Part shown: piece by piece, positions 1 to 9,659 of the stretch
Numbering within the stretch: position 1 is the stretch's first letter
Layout: each line of letters begins with the position of its first letter
Assembly: GCA_013815585.1 (NCBI GenBank)
Contig: JACDFU010000004.1
Span: forward strand, 1 to 40,565
Direction: 5' to 3'
Length of the DNA: 40,565 bases
DNA from: Chloroflexota bacterium
Lineage (GTDB): Bacteria > Chloroflexota > Limnocylindria > Limnocylindrales > CSP1-4
Made by a program: the position numbers and the translations under genes
The notes under the pieces: generated by a model
Told to the model about the DNA's origin: nothing
Databases searched by the model: none
The model's input: the letters and a program-made list of their open reading frames with translations, nothing else

Positions 1-1120
1 GGCTCGCGTCGGGCGCTCCATGGCCGCAACCGCCGACCTGCTGCCAAGCTCGCGCGCCGCGGCAATCGCCGGCGACCGGGTGGCGCGGGGCAGCGCGAGT
101 CACGCCTGGCTGCCGATCATCTATGGCTGCGACAAGACCTGCACCTATTGCATCGTTCCGTTCAGCCGCGGCCCGGAGCGGAGCCGGCCCTTCGATGACG
201 TCATCGACGAGGCACGGGGGCTGGCCGCCGCCGGCTACCAGGAGGTCACGCTCCTCGGGCAGAATGTCAATTCCTACGGGCACGACCTGCCCGTAGAGGG
301 GCGCTTTCGCGAGATCCGTGGGGGCCGCGAGCTCGGCCGGCGCCTCGACCTGGCTGGGCGGCCGGACATGGCCTCGCTGCTCCGAGCCATCGACGGGCTG
401 CGGACCGCCGACGGTGCTCCGGCCATCCCAAGGCTGCGCTTCGTGACGAGCCATCCCTGGGACCTAGGCGAGCGCCTGATCGGGGCAATGGCGACCTGTC
501 CGTCGGTCTGCGAGCACCTCCACCTGCCCGTACAGTCGGGAGATGACACGGTGCTACGCCGCATGGGCCGGCAATACGGCGCCGAGGCATATCTGCGCCT
601 GGTCGAGCGCCTCCGGGCGGCCGTCCCCGAGATCAGCCTCAGCACCGATGTGATCGTCGGGTTCTGCGGCGAGACCGACGCGCAGTTCGAGCGGACGCTG
701 GCCCTGCTTCGTGAGGTCGGCTTCGACCAGGTCTTCGCCGCTGCCTTCTCGCCGCGACCCGGTACACCCGCCGCCAGGGTCGCTGACGACGTCAGCCCGG
801 CCGAGAAGAAAGCCCGGCTGCAGACGCTGCTGAATTTCCAGGAGGAGATTGGGCTCGCCCGAAATCAGGATTGGCTCGGCAGGGTCACCGAGGTCCTCGC
901 CGACGAGGTCCGGCCGGCCCGAATGCACGACCACGAAGGCTCCCCGGGCGGACCGCTGCAGGTTGGCGTTGGGGAAGAACCCGTGGTTCGACTGGCAGGG
1001 CGCAATCGCCAGAACCGGCTGGTCCACTTCGACGGCCCGGCACGACTGCTCGGCAGGCCGGTCGACGTTCAGATCGAGCGCGCGGGCCCCTACGCGCTGT
1101 CGGGGAAGCTGGCGAGCTGA
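1..1120 (+). CDS. miaB: tRNA-2-methylthio-N6-dimethylallyladenosine synthase MiaB (5' part lies outside the window)
   Basis: Radical SAM motif GCDKTCTYCIVP, VTLLGQNVNSYG, RLRFVTSHP, HLPVQSG, DVIVGFCGET and a C-terminal TRAM-like domain; lies directly upstream of miaA. The N-terminal MTTase domain is absent, so the gene starts before position 1. Confidence 0.95.
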   Translation, partial: ARVGRSMAATADLLPSSRAAAIAGDRVARGSASHAWLPIIYGCDKTCTYCIVPFSRGPERSRPFDDVIDEARGLAAAGYQEVTLLGQNVNSYGHDLPVEGRFREIRGGRELGRRLDLAGRPDMASLLRAIDGLRTADGAPAIPRLRFVTSHPWDLGERLIGAMATCPSVCEHLHLPVQSGDDTVLRRMGRQYGAEAYLRLVERLRAAVPEISLSTDVIVGFCGETDAQFERTLALLREVGFDQVFAAAFSPRPGTPAARVADDVSPAEKKARLQTLLNFQEEIGLARNQDWLGRVTEVLADEVRPARMHDHEGSPGGPLQVGVGEEPVVRLAGRNRQNRLVHFDGPARLLGRPVDVQIERAGPYALSGKLAS

Positions 1121-2040
1121 CCGAGCGGGTCCTTCCGCCGCTCCTGGTGATCTGCGGGGCGACGGCCACCGGCAAGACGCGACTCTCGCTCGAACTTGCG
1201 GGCACGCAGGACGGCGTCGAGATCGTCAGCGCGGACTCGCGCCAGGTCTACAGGGGCATGGACATCGGTACGGACAAGGTCGCCCTCGAGGATCGGCTGC
1301 GCATCCCCCATCACGGTCTCGATCTGGTCGACCCGGACGAGCGCTTCAGCGTGGCGGCCTACCAGCGCGCTGCCGTGAGCGCGCTCGCAGAGATCGCGGC
1401 CCGGGGACGGCTGGCCATCCTTGTCGGCGGGACGGGTCTCTATCTCCGGGCCGTGGCCCGGGGCGTGACTTTTGAGCACGCCACGAGTGATCCGGTTGTT
1501 CGAGCGGAGATCGAGCAGCGCCTGGCCGACGAGGGGCTCGCCGTGCTAGCCGCTGAGCTCAAGGAGCGGGCGCCCAGCATGGCGGCGGCAACCGATCTGG
1601 CCAACCCACGGCGCGTCGTGCGAGCGCTCGAGCGGACGCATCTGGAGGGCGATCGCCTCCCACCGTCACCGGCCGGCTATCCGGCGCCGGTGAGATGGCT
1701 GGGACTCCACCAGGACCCGGAGGTGCATCGAGCAGCCATCCTCCATCGAGCCGCTGCACAGTTCGAGGGAGGCCTCCTCGACGAGGCACGTGCCCTCGCC
1801 GAGCGCTTTCCGGTCGATACCCCTGCCTTCAGCGCGTTCGGCTATCGGGAGGCGTTCGAGGTATTGGCCGGCCGGCATTCGATGGCCGAGGCGATCGCCG
1901 AGACCGCACGACGAACCTGGGCCTATGCCCGGCGGCAGCGCACCTGGTTTCGGTCGGAGCCCGGGATCACCTGGCTGGAGGCTTCGAACGCCCACGAGCG
2001 GGCGGAGGCGGAGCTTCAGGCTTTCGCCGCGGCGATGTGA
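1117..2040 (+). CDS. miaA: tRNA dimethylallyltransferase MiaA
   Basis: GATATGKT P-loop, IVSADSRQVYRGMDIGTDK, VGGTGLY, YARRQRTWF. Start placed at CTG 1117 (CTGA overlap with the miaB stop, GGGGAAG upstream); GTG 1147 is an alternative. Confidence 0.95.
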   Translation: MTERVLPPLLVICGATATGKTRLSLELAGTQDGVEIVSADSRQVYRGMDIGTDKVALEDRLRIPHHGLDLVDPDERFSVAAYQRAAVSALAEIAARGRLAILVGGTGLYLRAVARGVTFEHATSDPVVRAEIEQRLADEGLAVLAAELKERAPSMAAATDLANPRRVVRALERTHLEGDRLPPSPAGYPAPVRWLGLHQDPEVHRAAILHRAAAQFEGGLLDEARALAERFPVDTPAFSAFGYREAFEVLAGRHSMAEAIAETARRTWAYARRQRTWFRSEPGITWLEASNAHERAEAELQAFAAAM

Positions 2041-2063
2041 CCTTGACCTGGTAACTCGGTATT

Positions 2064-2092
2064 GGAACCCCGAGGGCGAGCAGAAGGTCTGA
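2064..2092 (+). promoter_or_regulatory. Putative ECF-sigma promoter GGAACC-N16-GGTCTGA
   Basis: Resembles the sigmaE/AlgU-type GAAC...TCTGA consensus and sits upstream of the exported protein gene at 2214. Confidence 0.4.
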
Positions 2093-2213
2093 ACAGAGTC
2101 CGGGCGCCTGCAGACGCCGTACGCATGCCTGCCTGCAACATCAGGTCGAGCGTGGCGTCTTAACGAACACACGACGGCCCGCTGGGACGTCTTTGACCGC
2201 CTGGAGAGGACCG

Positions 2214-2795
2214 ATGACGTCAGCGATTCAAAGCCACCGGCGCGCGGGCCTCGCGCTCATCGTGCTGACCGCAGGGGGTTGCGTCGCGCCTCTGGCATCT
2301 CCGTCCGCCAGCCCGCTTGCCAGTGCGACCGTTCTGCCGTCCGCAAGCCTGCTTGCCAGTGCGACCGTTCCGCCGCTTGCAAGTGCGACCGTTCCCCCGC
2401 CGGTTCGGCTTCAGTACGTAAATGAAGGCGGGACGACGATGACCTTTACCATTGACATCCATGATCAGTCCGGGCTGCTGGTCGAGGCCACCGACGGCGA
2501 GGCGTTCTCGACCGAGGATCCAGGAGCCGAGGACCTTCCCGTCCTTGGACCTCACTACGTTGTCTTCTTGAACGATGCCTCCGACGAATCGGTTCTGCGC
2601 GTCGTATGGGCGGCCGGAGGCGGCTGTGCTGCGAGCTACGCGATGACGATCGATCCGACGGCCCGCAAGCTTCGGATCGAAGGACCCCCCGCCCCCACCA
2701 GCGGTGATTCCGTCGGCGGCAGTTGTGGCGTCACCCTGAGGTTCTCCGAGCCGGTTCCCGCCGAAGAAGTCGAGGGAGTCCTGGAACCGGGGTGA
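2214..2795 (+). CDS. Hypothetical exported protein / lipoprotein with Pro-Ser-Ala repeat linker
   Basis: GGAGAGG RBS before ATG 2214; basic N-terminus, hydrophobic stretch and AGGC lipobox-like motif; LASATV repeats; C-terminal beta-rich domain with a Cys pair. Confidence 0.7.
   Translation: MTSAIQSHRRAGLALIVLTAGGCVAPLASPSASPLASATVLPSASLLASATVPPLASATVPPPVRLQYVNEGGTTMTFTIDIHDQSGLLVEATDGEAFSTEDPGAEDLPVLGPHYVVFLNDASDESVLRVVWAAGGGCAASYAMTIDPTARKLRIEGPPAPTSGDSVGGSCGVTLRFSEPVPAEEVEGVLEPG
2315..2394 (+). repeat. Three intragenic copies of GCTTGC(C/A)AGTGCGACCGTTC
   Basis: Copies at 2315-2334, 2351-2370 and 2375-2394, in frame, encoding LASATV repeats. Confidence 0.85.
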
Positions 2796-3176
2796 CGCGC
2801 GACCCCCTTAGTCCGAGGCTTGGCGGCCGCCGGCCCGTCCGCCCTCGATCACGGCTCGGGCCGCCCAGAGGAGCGCCGGGCCGCGGGGGACCGTTCTGCT
2901 GGCCGACTTAGCTCGTTGGTCGCGACCTTGCACGCGTCACCGCTCTTCGCTGGCGAGGCTGCGCATCTTCTGGTCAGGGCTTGAAGGCAAGGAGCAGGTA
3001 TCACGCGGAACTCCTGCCAGTCAGATTGGTAGACGCTTCCGGGTTGAGGGTGTATGACACGTTAGGTCGACATCGCGGGCCAGGGAGGGACGATATGAGC
3101 TAGCGCGACCGGGACGGCAATACCAGCGCCCGGTGGTTGACCAAGCGGAGCCTCATTGAGTGAAAGGGAAGCTGTC

Positions 3177-3617
3177 ATGGCAAGAGTGGAAGTCAGCACG
3201 ACGATCAAGCGACCCGTCGAGGACGTCTGGGCGGTGATCAGCAACGTCGAGAACAACCCGAAGTGGTCCTCGTTCGCTCTCGAGGCCAAACAGACTTCAC
3301 CCGGCCCCATCGGCGTCGGCACAACGGCCCGCGTCGTGGGCAAGTTCCTCGGCCGGCGTATGGAAAGCGAATCGGTAATCACCGAGTTCGAGCCCAACCG
3401 GAAATACACTTGGGAGAGCAAGTCGGGACCCTTCCCCCTCAAGGGTTCAACTGCCCTGGAGCAGATCGACGGCGGCACCCGAGTGACCGGGACCATCGAG
3501 GCCGAGCCAGGCGGCTTCTTCAAGCTGGCCGAACCGCTCGTGGTCAGCATGGCGAAGCGGTCGGTTCAGGGCGATCTCGACAACCTGAAGGACTTGATGG
3601 AAGCCAACGCGCTGTAA
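3177..3617 (+). CDS. SRPBCC (polyketide cyclase/dehydrase-like) family protein
   Basis: STTIKRPVEDVWAVISNVENNPKW, GPIGVGT, DLDNLKDLME are typical of SRPBCC proteins; ATG 3177 follows AGGGAAG. Confidence 0.85.
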   Translation: MARVEVSTTIKRPVEDVWAVISNVENNPKWSSFALEAKQTSPGPIGVGTTARVVGKFLGRRMESESVITEFEPNRKYTWESKSGPFPLKGSTALEQIDGGTRVTGTIEAEPGGFFKLAEPLVVSMAKRSVQGDLDNLKDLMEANAL

Positions 3618-3627
3618 TCAGGTCGGC

Positions 3628-3666
3628 GGCTGAGTGGGCCGGAGCAATGCTCGCGGCCCTCTCGGC
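3628..3666. terminator. Imperfect hairpin between convergent genes
   Basis: GGCTGAGTGGGCCGGAGC-AAT-GCTCGCGGCCCTCTCGGC can pair imperfectly; it lies between two stop codons. Confidence 0.35.
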
Positions 3667-3667
3667 A

Positions 3668-3988
3668 TCAACCGCCCGGTGGCCGATAGCTGGGCGAGAG
3701 CTTCGTTGCGGCGTCCACTTCCTCGGGAGTCAGGAGCACGATCGTCCGCGTGCCGATAGCGCCGGACGCAGCCGCCGTGAGCGCACCCGCCGCCGCGGCG
3801 GCATTGCCGGGCAAGTCTGCAATCAGGTAGAAGTCGTCGCTTCCGAACGCGAAGTAGTACGCCTCGACCGTGCCGCCCAGGGACGCCACCAACTTCTCGG
3901 TCGCCTCCCGTCGTCCGCTGCCGCCCTCCTTGAGGACGCCGCGGGCACCCTCTGCGGTGTAGCTGCCGGTGATCAAGTACTTGGGCAT
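3668..3988 (-). CDS. GYD domain-containing protein
   Basis: MPKYLITGSYTAEGARG...SLGGTVEAYYFAFGSDDFYLIADLP...YRPPG matches the GYD family pattern; GGAGG RBS. Confidence 0.85.
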   Translation of the reverse strand: MPKYLITGSYTAEGARGVLKEGGSGRREATEKLVASLGGTVEAYYFAFGSDDFYLIADLPGNAAAAAGALTAAASGAIGTRTIVLLTPEEVDAATKLSPSYRPPGG

Positions 3989-4271
3989 GGCCGCCTCCGT
4001 CCGCGGGACATCCGACGGGACGCACTTGGGCCGCGGGATCGCTTGAGCCTATTCCGGCATGTGCCGATGTTCAAGCCCAGACCTGCTCGTCCAAACCAGC
4101 GACCGTCGGATGCGCCCGTCGGCGTAAACGTTCACGGGGCGCAATGACCGCATCACCGCCCCACGTCCACCTTGATGTCCAGATACCTTTCCCTTGATGT
4201 GCCGCAACGCCTTCGGGAGGCGCATGATCTGCCGGAACGCGGAGTGAAGGAGTGATTCGCTGGCGGTTTAT

Positions 4272-7200
4272 GTGACCTGTCTGCGATGCGGCAAAGAGAA
4301 CCCCGAAGGCGCCAGGTTCTGCCTGCAGTGCGGGAATCCGCTGACCGAGGCACCGCTTCAGGCCCGCGAGGAGCGGAAGGTTCTCACCGTCCTCTTCGCT
4401 GATCTGGTCGGCTTCACCTCTCAGGCAGAGCAGCTGGATCCCGAGGAGGTGCGGGCGATCCTGCAGCCATACCACGCGAGCGTCAGGGCCGACTTGGAGC
4501 GCTACGGTGGAACAGTCGAGAAGTTCATCGGCGATGCGGTCATGGCGCTCTTCGGGGCGCCGGTGGCCCACGAGGACGACCCGGAGCGGGCCGTCCGCGC
4601 AGGCCTGGCCATTCGCGAAACGCTCGCGAGCGATGGACGGCTCCACGTGCGGATCGGCATCACCACGGGTGAGGCGCTCGTAGCTCTGGAGGCCAGGCCG
4701 GAGACAGGAGAGGGAATGGCCGCCGGCGACGTCGTCAACACGGCGGCTCGGCTGCAGGGCGCGGCACCGGTGGACGGGATCCTGGTCGATGAGACGACGT
4801 ACCGGGCGAGCGCGCGAGCGATCGAGTACCGCGACCATGAACCGGTCACCGTCAAGGGCAAGAGCGAGTCGATCCGGGTGCACGAGGCCACTTCTGCAAG
4901 GGCGCGCTTCGGCGTTGACGTTCGCCAGGTCGGCCAGGCTCCCCTGGTCGGTCGGGCGCGTGAGATCGATCTGCTTGCGAGCGCCCGCGCCCGCGCCCGA
5001 GGTGAACGGGAGCCTCAGCTCGTGACGCTCGTTGGGGTGCCGGGGATCGGCAAGAGCCGCCTCGTCTGGGAGCTGTTCCAGCAGATCGATGCAGGATCCG
5101 AGCTGGTGTCGTGGCGCCAGGGGCGGTCGCTTCCCTACGCCGAAGGCATCTCGTTCTGGGCGCTGGGGGAGATCGTCAAGGCGGAGGCCGGGGTTCTTGA
5201 AACCGATCCGCCTGATGAGGCAGCGGCCAAGCTCTCGCGGGTGGTTGCCACCCTCGGCGTTGAAGTCTCTGATGCCGAGTGGATCGAGCGTCACCTGCGT
5301 CCGCTGGTGGGCCTGGAGGCCGGCACCGAGCTTCGAGGCGACCATCGGGGTGAGGCGTTCGCGGCCTGGACGCGGTTCCTCGAGGCGCTCGCGGACCAGC
5401 GCCCGCTCGTGCTCATCTTCGAGGATCTCCACTGGGCCGACGACGGGTTGCTGGACTTCATCGACTACCTCGTCGAGTGGGCGACGGGCGTGCCGCTGCT
5501 CATCGTGGCCACGAGCCGGCCCGAGCTCCTGTCGCGACGGCCGGGATGGGGCGGCGGCAAACCCAACGCGTTGACTGTCTCGCTCTCCCCACTCTCTGAG
5601 ACGGAGGCCGGACAGCTGGTGGCCGGCCTGGTCGAGCGAGCGGTCATCCCCGAGCGTGTGCGAGAGGCGGTGCTCGAGCGGGCCCAGGGCAATCCCCTTT
5701 ACGCGGAGGAGTTTGCCCGGCTGGTCTCGGAGGGCGGCGGGCTCGATGACCTGCCCGAGAGCGTCCAGGGCATCATCGCGGCCCGTCTCGACGCGCTGCC
5801 TCGCGAGGAAAAGCAGCTGCTTCAGGACGCCGCGGTCGTCGGGAAGGTGTTCTGGAGCGGTTCCCTTGCGCAGATGGCTGGCCGCTCGCGCACCGAATTG
5901 GAACAGCCGCTTCACCTGCTCGAGCGGAAGGAGTTCGCACGGCGTGAGCGACGATCGTCGGTGGCCGGCGAAACGGAGTACGCCTTCCGCCACATCCTCG
6001 TCCGGGACGTGGCCTACGGCCAGATCCCGCGCGGCGAACGCGCCGCACGGCATGCCGCGGCAGCGGAGTGGGTCGAGTCGCTGGGCCGCCCGGCAGATCA
6101 CGCCGAGCTGCTGGCCCAGCACTACCTCTCCGCGATCGAGCTCGCCCGAGCCGCGGGCCGACCGACCGACGCCTACGCGGTCCGCGCCCGTGTCGCGCTT
6201 CGGGAAGCAGGCGACCGCGCGCTCACGCTGAATGCCTTTGCCTCAGCGGCGCGCTATTACCGCGCGGCACTCGACCTGACGCCGCTCGACGATCCGGACC
6301 GATCCACCGTCCTCTTCCGGTTCGGCAAGGCGCTGCGGATCTCAGAGGAATCGGGTGCCGAGGTCCTGGCCGAGGCTGAGAAAGGGCTTCGGACCGCTGG
6401 CGATCACGAGTCGGCCGCCGAAGCCGCGGTGCTCCAGGCCGAGCTGGCCTGGTTCGGCGGAGATGGCACGCGGACCTGGCAGCACCTGGCCCGCGCGGCC
6501 GAGCTGGTCGACGGGCTTCCCGCCTCGGCCTCCAAGGCGTTCGTGCTGAGTGATCTCTCCCGGTTCCACATGCTGGCCGGACGTTCGGAGGAGGCGATCA
6601 CGGTTGGGACGCAGGCCTTGGAGATGGCGGAGGCACTGGGGCTCGATGAGGTCCGGGCCCACGCGCTCAACAACATCGGCACGGCGCACGTGAATCTGGG
6701 CGTGCACGAGCGGGGCATCGGGGAGCTGGAGTCGGCGCTCGAGATCGCGACCGCGATCAACACGCCGGAGTCAGCCCGGGTCATGAACAACCTGGCCAGC
6801 GTGCTCGCGACGCTCGGGGAGATGAAGCGAGCGCGATCCCTGTGGCGCCAGGCCCTGGCCCGTGCCCGGGAACTGGGGCATGCCTCGGTCGAGCGCTTCG
6901 GTCGGGCGATCATCCCCGGGATCGACTACCGCGAGGGGAACTGGGACCAGGCCCTGCGGTCACTGGATGAATACATCGCGGAGACGGAGGCCGCCGGCGG
7001 GCACGTGACGGAAACGACGTGCCGGGTCGATCGGGGACGGATCCGCTTCGCACGGGGCGACCTGCCGGGCGCGCTCGAGGATGCGGAGCGCGGACTGGTC
7101 GCGGCTCGCCGCTCCGGGGACCCGCAGTCCCTGGTGCCCGCGCTCGACTTCATGGCCTCACTGATGCTGCGGACGGGCCGGTACGCCGAGAGCGACACGC

Positions 7201-7652
7201 TGTTGGACGAGTTCCTCGGGCTGACCGACGTCCCGGAGGATCTCAGCGTCGATCTCGCCATCGCTCTCATCGAAAGCGGGAGGCGAGCAAAGCTGGAGCG
7301 TCGCGTGGCGCAGATGGGCGTGACGCGATGGAAGGAGCTGTTCGGGTTGATCGCCGCGGGCGGGGCCGAAGAGGCCGCGGACCAGTTCGAGGAGTTCGAC
7401 AGCCTACCGGACGCGGCTCTTCTCCGGCTTCACGTGGCCCAGCGCCTGGCGAACGAGGGGAGGGCTGCCGAGGCGCGAGCGCAATTGGACAAAGCTCTCG
7501 CGTTCTGGCGGTCGGTGGGGGCGCGCCCCTACCTCGAGGGGGCGGAAGGGCTGCTCGCCAGCCTGCAGCCAGCGGGCGCCGAGAGCCGGCGCCGCCGATC
7601 GCGCGCCGCTACTCCAGCGCGCGAACGTCCAGCTCGTCGCGAACCTCGATGA
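4272..7652 (+). CDS. Class III adenylate/guanylate cyclase fused to a STAND (AAA_16-like) ATPase and TPR-like repeats, with an N-terminal zinc ribbon
   Basis: CLRC..FCLQC zinc ribbon; VLFADLVGFT, KFIGDAVMA and GDVVNTAARLQ cyclase motifs; Walker A GVPGIGKS; Walker B LIFEDLHWAD; GNPLYAEE; helical repeat C-terminus. Confidence 0.9.
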   Translation: MTCLRCGKENPEGARFCLQCGNPLTEAPLQAREERKVLTVLFADLVGFTSQAEQLDPEEVRAILQPYHASVRADLERYGGTVEKFIGDAVMALFGAPVAHEDDPERAVRAGLAIRETLASDGRLHVRIGITTGEALVALEARPETGEGMAAGDVVNTAARLQGAAPVDGILVDETTYRASARAIEYRDHEPVTVKGKSESIRVHEATSARARFGVDVRQVGQAPLVGRAREIDLLASARARARGEREPQLVTLVGVPGIGKSRLVWELFQQIDAGSELVSWRQGRSLPYAEGISFWALGEIVKAEAGVLETDPPDEAAAKLSRVVATLGVEVSDAEWIERHLRPLVGLEAGTELRGDHRGEAFAAWTRFLEALADQRPLVLIFEDLHWADDGLLDFIDYLVEWATGVPLLIVATSRPELLSRRPGWGGGKPNALTVSLSPLSETEAGQLVAGLVERAVIPERVREAVLERAQGNPLYAEEFARLVSEGGGLDDLPESVQGIIAARLDALPREEKQLLQDAAVVGKVFWSGSLAQMAGRSRTELEQPLHLLERKEFARRERRSSVAGETEYAFRHILVRDVAYGQIPRGERAARHAAAAEWVESLGRPADHAELLAQHYLSAIELARAAGRPTDAYAVRARVALREAGDRALTLNAFASAARYYRAALDLTPLDDPDRSTVLFRFGKALRISEESGAEVLAEAEKGLRTAGDHESAAEAAVLQAELAWFGGDGTRTWQHLARAAELVDGLPASASKAFVLSDLSRFHMLAGRSEEAITVGTQALEMAEALGLDEVRAHALNNIGTAHVNLGVHERGIGELESALEIATAINTPESARVMNNLASVLATLGEMKRARSLWRQALARARELGHASVERFGRAIIPGIDYREGNWDQALRSLDEYIAETEAAGGHVTETTCRVDRGRIRFARGDLPGALEDAERGLVAARRSGDPQSLVPALDFMASLMLRTGRYAESDTLLDEFLGLTDVPEDLSVDLAIALIESGRRAKLERRVAQMGVTRWKELFGLIAAGGAEEAADQFEEFDSLPDAALLRLHVAQRLANEGRAAEARAQLDKALAFWRSVGARPYLEGAEGLLASLQPAGAESRRRRSRAATPARERPARREPR

Positions 7653-8271
7653 CGCCCTCGACATAGTTCGCCACGGCCGCGAGATCGTCGCCGTCGTCGA
7701 TGTCGTCGACCATGCCGCGCAGTACGACGAGGCCGCCGCGCGTGCCGATCACGACCTGGTCGGCATAGCGGCTGGTGCTGGCGTCGGCACGAAGTGCATC
7801 GCGGACTCGCTCGGCCAGATCGGACTCAGCGGAGAGCCCCGATGACGCGTGGTCGCCGTCGTACGGCTCGTCAAGCGAGCTGGTCCCGAAACCGCTGGCG
7901 ACCTCGATGCCCTGGTCGTCATCCGAGGGCACGACGGGCGGGTCGATCGGCGGTACATAGGTGAGACCCTCCTCGGCGGCCACGTAGGCGTCGCCGGTCT
8001 CCCCCGAACGCAGCTCGAGCTCGGTGAGCGCCTCCAGGTTCCCCGATCCCGAGCCTTCAGCCCCGCTCTCGCTCGGACCGGCTTCCAGCTCGCCTTCGTA
8101 GACCTCCGTGTCAGTCAGCTCGCCGCGTGAGTCGATATCACTGGCATCGACGTAGGCCGCCTGGTCCTCCCTGGGTCGGGCGCCGGCCATGCCGATGAGG
8201 TCCTCTTCCAGCGAGCCCGCGGGGGCGTCCGCCGTCGCCTGGTCAGTCGTGTCGTCCGTCCGGTCGGTCAT
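7609..8271 (-). CDS. BON domain protein with a long acidic N-terminal region
   Basis: C-terminal LAERVRDALRADAST...GGLVVLRGMVD...VEGVIEVRDELDV is BON-like; GAGGA RBS upstream; N-terminus very Asp/Glu-rich. Confidence 0.8.
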   Translation of the reverse strand: MTDRTDDTTDQATADAPAGSLEEDLIGMAGARPREDQAAYVDASDIDSRGELTDTEVYEGELEAGPSESGAEGSGSGNLEALTELELRSGETGDAYVAAEEGLTYVPPIDPPVVPSDDDQGIEVASGFGTSSLDEPYDGDHASSGLSAESDLAERVRDALRADASTSRYADQVVIGTRGGLVVLRGMVDDIDDGDDLAAVANYVEGVIEVRDELDVRALE

Positions 8272-8339
8272 GTGAGTTCCTCTTCAAAATCTGGGCCCCG
8301 AGGGGCGGGGGAGGGGAGCGGCTATGCTGTCGCTCGATT

Positions 8340-9659
8340 ATGGCCCCGGCTCAGCTGATCAATCTCATTCCGCTCGTCGAAAAGGCGTTTCTGATCGCCG
8401 TCGACACCGGGCGCGACGGCGGCTGGAGTGCCGAGGAGTCGCTCCGTGAGCTGGCGGCGCTCGCCGATACGGCCGGGGCCGAGGTGGTCGGTGCGGAGTG
8501 GCAGAACCGCCGGCACATCGATCCCAACTGGTACGTGGGCAAGGGCAAGGCGCAAGAACTTCAGCAGGCCCGCGCCGAGACCGGCTTCACCATGGTCGTG
8601 GCCGACGACGAGCTCAGCCCCAACCAGCAAAAGGCCCTCGAGTCGCTCCTCAACGTCAAGATCCTGGACCGCAGTGGGCTGATCCTCGACATCTTCGCCC
8701 AGCATGCCCGGACCCACGAAGGCCGCCTCCAGGTGGAGCTGGCTCAGCTGGAGTACCAGTTGCCCCGCCTGACGCGGCTCTGGACGCACCTTTCGCGCAC
8801 CGGCGGTGGGATCGGCACGAGGGGGCCCGGCGAGACCCAGCTCGAGACGGACCGCCGGGTCATCAGGGAGCGGATCAAGAAACTACGAGAGCGCGTCGAC
8901 GCGGTCCGCCGCCAGCGCGAAACGGCCGCTCGATCCCGCGATCGACGGCTGGTGCCGACCGTGGCGATCGTGGGGTACACGAACGCCGGCAAGTCGACCC
9001 TGCTCAACACGCTCGTCGGCAGCGAGGAAGCCCGCGCCGAGGACCGCCTCTTCGCCACGCTCGATCCGACGAGTCGCGCAGTCAAGCTGGGCGATGGCCA
9101 GTCGGTGGTCGTCACGGACACGGTTGGCTTCATCCACAAGCTGCCGCACCAGCTGGTGGACGCCTTTCGCGGCACGCTCGAGGAGGTCAACCGGGCCGAT
9201 GTCCTGCTCGAGGTGGTCGACGCCTCCGACCCGCATGCGACGGAACACCGACAGACCGTGCAGCAGGTGCTCGGCGAGCTCGGGGCCGGGGACAAGCCGC
9301 GCCTGGTCGCCTACAACAAGGCCGACCTGATCAGGCCCGCGGCCGGGAACGGGGAGACGCCGGCGCCTGTGATCGCCGACGCTGTCTCCGTGTCGGCGCT
9401 GACCGGCTACGGACTCGAGAGCCTCAGGGCAGCGCTCAGCGGCCTGCTCTCCGACCTGTGGGTCGACGTCGACGTGGCGCTGCCGTACACCGCCGGTGAG
9501 CTGCTCTCGCGCGTGCGGGAGCGGGGCACGGTGGAGCTGAGCTATCGCAACCGGGATGTGCGCGTACGAGGCCGGGTGGCTCCGACGCTCGCCGCGGAGC
9601 TTGAGGCGGCGACAGGCAAGACTGCGCCCGCCGGCAACGGGTCGGAGCCGGCGGCCTGA
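8340..9659 (+). CDS. hflX: Ribosome-splitting GTPase HflX
   Basis: LILDIFAQHARTHEGRLQVELAQLEY, GGGIGTRGPGETQLETDRR, G1 GYTNAGKST, LFATLDPT, DTVGF, NKAD. Confidence 0.97.
   Translation: MAPAQLINLIPLVEKAFLIAVDTGRDGGWSAEESLRELAALADTAGAEVVGAEWQNRRHIDPNWYVGKGKAQELQQARAETGFTMVVADDELSPNQQKALESLLNVKILDRSGLILDIFAQHARTHEGRLQVELAQLEYQLPRLTRLWTHLSRTGGGIGTRGPGETQLETDRRVIRERIKKLRERVDAVRRQRETAARSRDRRLVPTVAIVGYTNAGKSTLLNTLVGSEEARAEDRLFATLDPTSRAVKLGDGQSVVVTDTVGFIHKLPHQLVDAFRGTLEEVNRADVLLEVVDASDPHATEHRQTVQQVLGELGAGDKPRLVAYNKADLIRPAAGNGETPAPVIADAVSVSALTGYGLESLRAALSGLLSDLWVDVDVALPYTAGELLSRVRERGTVELSYRNRDVRVRGRVAPTLAAELEAATGKTAPAGNGSEPAA

Noticed and set aside
871-1116. Long N-terminal extension of MiaA from TTG 871
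   Set aside because: Lies inside miaB in another frame and is low-complexity Arg/Gly/Pro; MiaA similarity starts only near 1135.
2315-2394. Three 20-bp direct repeats as a mini CRISPR array
   Set aside because: Spacers are only 16 and 4 nt, the repeats are in frame within a coding linker, and no cas genes are present.
2796-3150. Possible ncRNA or gene remnant in the 350-nt gap
   Set aside because: No convincing structure, known RNA motif or protein motif could be identified by eye.
4071-6122. 683-aa minus-strand ORF
   Set aside because: Antisense shadow of the cyclase gene, typical of high-GC DNA; no recognisable motifs.
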